A DNA stretch of 64,000 bases, taken from contig NC_087452.1 in NCBI RefSeq assembly GCF_036321535.1, positions 41,974,001 to 42,038,000 of the forward strand, read 5' to 3'. How positions within the stretch are numbered: the first letter of the stretch is position 1; every line of letters begins with the position of its first letter. Position numbers and translations under genes: made by a program. The notes below the pieces were generated by a model. It was not told the origin of the DNA. It saw only the letters and a program-made list of their open reading frames with translations, and did not search any database. This document shows positions 59,350 through 64,000 of this stretch, in pieces. This DNA comes from Camelus dromedarius (lineage: Eukaryota).

Positions 59350-59878
59350 CAGTGGAAATCACTGTAGCTGGCTTGCAAGAGACAACTGGTAAATTTTCAG
59401 AAAGTCTGTGAGCCAGAGGTTACACAGAGCCATTAGTAAAGCTAAGCTGCATACACTTGCAATCAAATAAATGGTATCAGACAGATAAACACTCAAAACT
59501 CATCACTCCCTAATTATTTTATTTATTTTATTTTTATTTTTTAAATGGAAGTACTGAGGATTGAACCCAGGACCTCATGCATGCTAAGCATGTACTCTAC
59601 CACTGAGCTATACGCTCCCCCCTAATTGTTTTATTATACTTTTCCATCATCTGTGTTCTTGTGGTTATTTAGATCTATTGTAATCTCTAATGCAGGGTGG
59701 AGATGCTATGTAAGTGTGCTACTGCACACTTCTTCCTAAGGCCACATTCTGTGATGTCATGTGGGTAGCCTGCAATCAGCCATGGTGGGAATGTTTACAG
59801 CAGGGGAACTGGAAAAATGCTGTAAATCAGGTTTTCTCCCCAGAGAGCTGGTTGTTACACATCACCAGCACACCACTG
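59350..59878 (+). mobile_element. MER63B-like hAT-Blackjack MITE, split by Vic-1
   Basis: 'actcaaaactcatcactccctaattatttt' ... 'cagccatggtgggaatgtttac...gagagctggttgttacacatcaccagcacaccactg'. Confidence 0.85.
59524..59622 (-). mobile_element. Vic-1-type SINE with intact Pol III A and B boxes
   Basis: Minus strand GTATAGCTCAGTGGTAGAGTACATGCTTAGCATGCATGAGGTCCTGGGTTCAATCCTCAGTAC plus A-rich tail. TSD taatt(a/g)ttttatt at 59511-59523 and 59623-59635. Confidence 0.93.
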
Positions 59879-60041
59879 CTTCAGAACGTACTCATCAAAA
59901 GTCACTACCTCTGGAGGACACACGCTCGCTCAACCCAGTAAAGCTTCTCGTGAGTTTTGCAACCTTGGGCAGGTTACTCACCCTCTTCATCCATGGAGAA
60001 CCCTCCACACAAGTGCCGGCTGGCTGGTGAGTGGTGTTACT

Positions 60042-60272
60042 ATCTGGTGGTTAAGAGCCCAGCCGTGGGACCCAGGCTTGCTGGGGTCAAATCCCACCTC
60101 TGCTACTTGTCAGCTGTACTGGGCAAATTTCTTAACCCTGCCTTGTCTTCCAGACCATAAAATGAGGATTAAAATAGTAACTACCTCCCCTGTAAAGCTG
60201 AGGAGGAAATGAAGATGAAAGGCAGTCACTGAGAGTGACTGGCACATACTGAATAAACGTTCAGTGTTTGCT
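60042..60272 (+). mobile_element. MIR SINE, near full length
   Basis: 'gtggttaagagc...tcaaatcccacctctgctactt...ataaaatgaggattaaaatagtaactacc...ctggcacatactgaataaacg'. Confidence 0.85.
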
Positions 60273-60472
60273 GTGTCCATCGTTATCACCCCAAATATTG
60301 TGAGAATTCTTCTTTCAATTAGAAATCATTCTCAAAGGGGATTTAATGACTAAATTCTTAACTAATTTTAGTATTTCTACACCTCACTTTTTCCCTATTA
60401 AAGATCACAGAGAAATATGGCTGCTCCCAAAATTCAAATTAACTTCAGAAGTTTACCATAATTAAAAGTGAA

Positions 60473-61135
60473 TATTTAAAAACAGAACTACCATCTGACC
60501 CAGTAATCCCATTTCTAACTCAAAAAGATTTCTGCACCCCCTAGTTCACTAAAGCATTACTGATAATAGCAAGACACGGAAACAGCCAAAGTGTCCATCA
60601 ATGGATGAATGGATAAAGAAAATGTGTATATACATTTTACACATTTTACACAATGGGATATTATTCGGCCATAAAAAGAAGGAAATCCTGTCATTTGCGA
60701 TAACATGGATAGACCCTAAGAGTGTTATACTAAGTGAACATGATCTCACTTCTATATGGAATCTAGGAAAAAAAACAAAACAAAACCCAGATCACAGATA
60801 GAACCAAATGGTGACTGCCAGAGGTGGAAGGTAGGCGAAATGGGTAAAGTCAGACAAAAGTTTCACTCATAAAATAAGTAAGTCATAAATAAATAATGTA
60901 TAGCATTGTGACTATCCTCAATAATATTGTGTTGTGTATTTGGAAACTGCTAAGACAGATCTTAAAAGTTCTCATCATGAGAAAAATACTACGTGAGTTG
61001 ACAGATGTTAACTGGACTTATTACGGTGATCATTTTGCGCTGTATATCCATATATCGAATCATTATGTTGCACGCCTGAAGCTACTATCATGTCATATCT
61101 CAATGTTATCTCAACTTCTTAAAAAAGGGAATAAT
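60473..61135 (+). mobile_element. L1MA-type 3' end with deletions
   Basis: 'aaacagaactaccatctgacccagtaatccc', 'gtgtccatcaatggatgaatggataaagaaaatgtg', 'gatcttaaaagttctcatca'. Confidence 0.88.
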
Positions 61136-63359
61136 AAATCCTGAAGAAAGAAAGAAAGAAAAAATAAAGAAATCAATCAATCCTAAAGGAGATTCCAAAA
61201 TAAAAACTACCAAAAAAGATGATTACTTTGAAGGGAGTCGCTCTTGTAAATGAATATGTACGTTCTAGGTTTGAGAGGGAGGGGAAATCTTTGTAATCCT
61301 TTATAACCACATCTCAAACATAAAGACGAAACTAGTAACACAGAACACATCATCAGGTGTGACCTGAAAACAGTACTGGTGTTGTAAGGGCATCAACAGT
61401 CATAGGTAAACTCGGTTTAAGGGAAGTAACTGTAAAGATGACTTTGAAGATGACTTCCTACATCTAAGGTCTATATATCCCTTTTTCCGAAACTTTATAA
61501 CTTTTGGGGGGGGGCTATCTCTTTGACTTATCAAGATGATTAATGAGAGATTTTATCAAGAGATTTAGCATCTTACTTTCCATAGGAGGAAGAAAGCTCT
61601 GCTGTTTCCCTTTCTTCTCTTCCTTACACAGAGGACTTAGACAGTCCAACTTAATCTTCCATCCTTAACTGTTTCTTTTTCCTTAACTGTTTCTTAAACA
61701 AGAAAATCAAAGCCTCCAGCATCTCTGAAAACTGGCATTCAATGGGTCCAAATACTTGGCAAACACAGCCTGTTATGTGGCTGGAGCTGGGCCTCAGACA
61801 TTTTTGGGGGTTGTGAAAAGTGGTAAAAAGCTGAAATACCGGGGCAGAGCCCATGGCGGGACCCCCAAGGCCGCCCGGTGGCCCGTGTGATGCCCGCCCT
61901 TTGCCAGGCCAGGACCCACAGTAGCTTCAGCTTCCAAGTCCCTTGAAAAGTCCTCTGGCCAAATGAAAGGACCTTTGCCGCTACTCAGAAAAGCCAGTGT
62001 GTCTTTATATTCCCTTGTCTAGTGTGGAGTGGTTTTTTGTTTTTGTTTTTTCTTTTTTACATTAATCCCATTACTGGCTCCCTTGACAGCGTCTGACTCG
62101 TGGTTTTGCTCATGGAAGGTTTTCTGGGGGCCTCTTGAGGGGTCTTGGATCCTCACAGCTGGGAGTTGGCAGCTGAACCCCTGCTTGGTCTCACCTGGGC
62201 TTCTCCTCTGCCCCTGGGTGGGCGCACCACCATCTCCTGCTTCCCTGGCTCTGAAGGCCCTCGTTTGGCCGTCATGCTCAAGCACCTGGCCTCACAGGGA
62301 ATCGGCTCTCTCAAGATGTCGTGCAGGACTTGCAGCTGGAGCAGCTACCATCCAGGTAAACACAGACACCAGACAACGACGGAGTAATGAGGGGGCACGG
62401 CCGTGTAGCCAAAACTCTCCATCATCCCATCCCATTCCAGCAGGAGGTCCAGGAGGGGTGAGAGGCCCAACCCCGATCAGGTGCTCCTACACTCCAGCTG
62501 ACTCGATTAGTCCCTGTGACAAGGTTGGATCTGAGAAGCATTTGTTTTGTGCCCGTTGTTCCTGAAGCAGAAGTCAGGCAGCACGGAATAAGCTCTGAGC
62601 AGACAGAGCTGATGGCGGCCTCCCCAAGGCCAAGCGGCTGGCTGAGGATGTTTGATCTTCAGACTGACTGAGCCTTGAAGAACAGTCAGGCCTGTGGCAG
62701 GCAGGAGGGGTGAGGCACAGCCAATCAAAGCAGGGCACAGCCAGGGCGTAGGGCTTCCCAGACCGGGCTCACAGCATGCTTTCCCATCACACATGGGCAA
62801 AGCCCTGTAGAGGGACCCACACATGTAGCAAGCTATTCCCTGGTCAATACCCCTTTAGCCCCTCTGACTGCATCAGGGAGAAAGTTCAGCATGGTGCCAG
62901 TATGTCCTTAATACAACCCCAGCACCCTGTAACCGCCCCTTCCAACATACAGGAAGAGCAGGCCCCTTCTGCAGAGACTTCAGCAAATAATGAAACCTAG
63001 TTAGAATTCAGTGATAGTGTTGTCTTCCATACATTTCTTTTTACAGCTGCTTTCTCCTTTGGCAGGCAGTAATTGGTGTTGGGCTGGCTGGAATATACAA
63101 AGTTTCCACCTTAAATTAATTTACTGGAGGCAAAAAGCCGATTTAAAGGAAAAATAGAAAATAAAATACCATAGGAGGTGCATGTTTAGGACCAAAAACT
63201 GCAAAAACTCTGCAGGTAGTACACTGGACATGGATATGACAAAAACTGGGCCTCTGGTAACTGAAGTGTCAGGGATGCTGGGTGAGCCCAAGAACCGAGG
63301 CTGGGAAGCGAGGGGGGCCTGTTCGAGGAGCAAAGGGGTCAGTTCACCTTGACAAGAGC

Positions 63360-63490
63360 CCAGGCCACGGGTGATGTGATGCAGAAAGTGAGGCCAGACA
63401 GGTAAACTGAGGCCACGTCGCAGAGAGCCTGGAAACCAGGGCCGTGGGGACCTGCAAGAGGTCTCCAGGCCACTCTGCTAGGAGAAGGGG
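63360..63490 (-). mobile_element. L2 fragment
   Basis: Minus strand 'gtttccaggctctctgcgacgtggcctcagtttacctgtctggcctcactttctgc'. Confidence 0.45.
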
Positions 63491-63729
63491 GTGCGTCCTC
63501 CAAACTGGGATAGTTCCAGGGAGGAGCGGAGGTTGGCTGGGGCTTGTGGCCTGAGGCAGCTGGAGCTGCGGCAGCTGTGCTGACCAAGTGAGGCCTCCAG
63601 AACTGACCCGCACCCCCAGGAGGAGGGGGCTTATCACAAATCCCGGTACCTCCCGGAGGCCCCACCAGGGCCGTGAATGGAACAAAACATGAGATCACGC
63701 AGCCAGCCTGAGAGGCAGGTGCAGCCCAA

Positions 63730-63975
63730 GCAGTCTTCTACGATGGGGATATTATCACCATATATGGGATGAAAACTTCTAAGGAAAAGCAGGAAAGGGG
63801 GAGAAAAACATTGGAATAGGCTTAAAGACAAAAGGAAAAAATAACCTAAAGATAGCCTAAACAAAACAAGCCCGGCCCCTAATGCCTGCCTCCACGTCTG
63901 CTCGCCATATGGTGTGTGATAAGCGAGAACGCTTTTATTTATCGTCCTTCACTTCCATAAAGCCCTGTTGAGAAG
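63730..63975 (-). mobile_element. Degraded MIR fragments
   Basis: 'atattatcaccatatatgggatgaaaact' and 'tgtgataagcg...cataaagccctgttgagaagg' resemble antisense MIR. Confidence 0.35.
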
Positions 63976-64000
63976 GCTGCACGGTGCTCTCACGCCCTGC

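Noticed and set aside
59545-59622. tRNA-Ala(AGC)-like sequences (also 35690 and 51097)
   Set aside because: Acceptor stems are broken, and each has an A-rich tail and a TSD, so they are SINEs rather than tRNA genes.
61662-61695. Short tandem duplications (tccttaactgtttctt x2; similar cases near 8900, 18676 and 60630)
   Set aside because: Ordinary replication-slippage duplications; no array structure and nothing CRISPR-like anywhere in the window.
37111-63767. Isolated perfect motifs: CArG at 37111-37120 and 63758-63767, MEF2 at 46330-46339, GAS at 31098-31106
   Set aside because: Counts match chance expectation for 64 kb and they lack supporting clusters.
63629-63924. Inverted gcttatcaca/tgtgataagc plus a tRNA-Arg PBS-like 18-mer (63890-63907, minus strand) suggesting an ERV end
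   Set aside because: The PBS match is only 13/18, no second LTR or gag is seen, and degraded MIR explains the sequence more simply.

Overview
Mammalian non-coding DNA, almost certainly from a camelid (alpaca/llama/camel). The species call rests on three tRNA-Ala-derived Vic-1-type SINEs with target-site duplications (TSDs) and a camelid-type L1 3' UTR. I found no recognisable protein-coding exon, RNA gene, CpG-island promoter or CRISPR array. The ORF-track entries are either L1/L2 remnants or chance ORFs. The window is a layered record of transposons: MIR, L2, L3, hAT MITEs, MLT1/LTR16 LTRs, old and young L1s and Vic-1, with five nested insertions. All four N-runs lie in or against L1 sequence. 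About 16 of the 17 LTR and L1 copies I could orient lie on the + strand, which suggests the whole window is inside an intron of an unidentified minus-strand gene. The best second-look items are a 5'-inverted (twin-primed) L1 with an intact TSD, a 35-bp locally templated duplication, a perfect T-box-like palindrome, a CACGTG cluster, a candidate minus-strand alternative first-exon region, CpG gain inside ancient repeats, and an N-run whose length is codon-exact. I cannot support a claim of a new biological system. Repeat subfamily names come from recalled consensus sequences and need RepeatMasker/Dfam confirmation; old-repeat boundaries are approximate (+/-30 bp).
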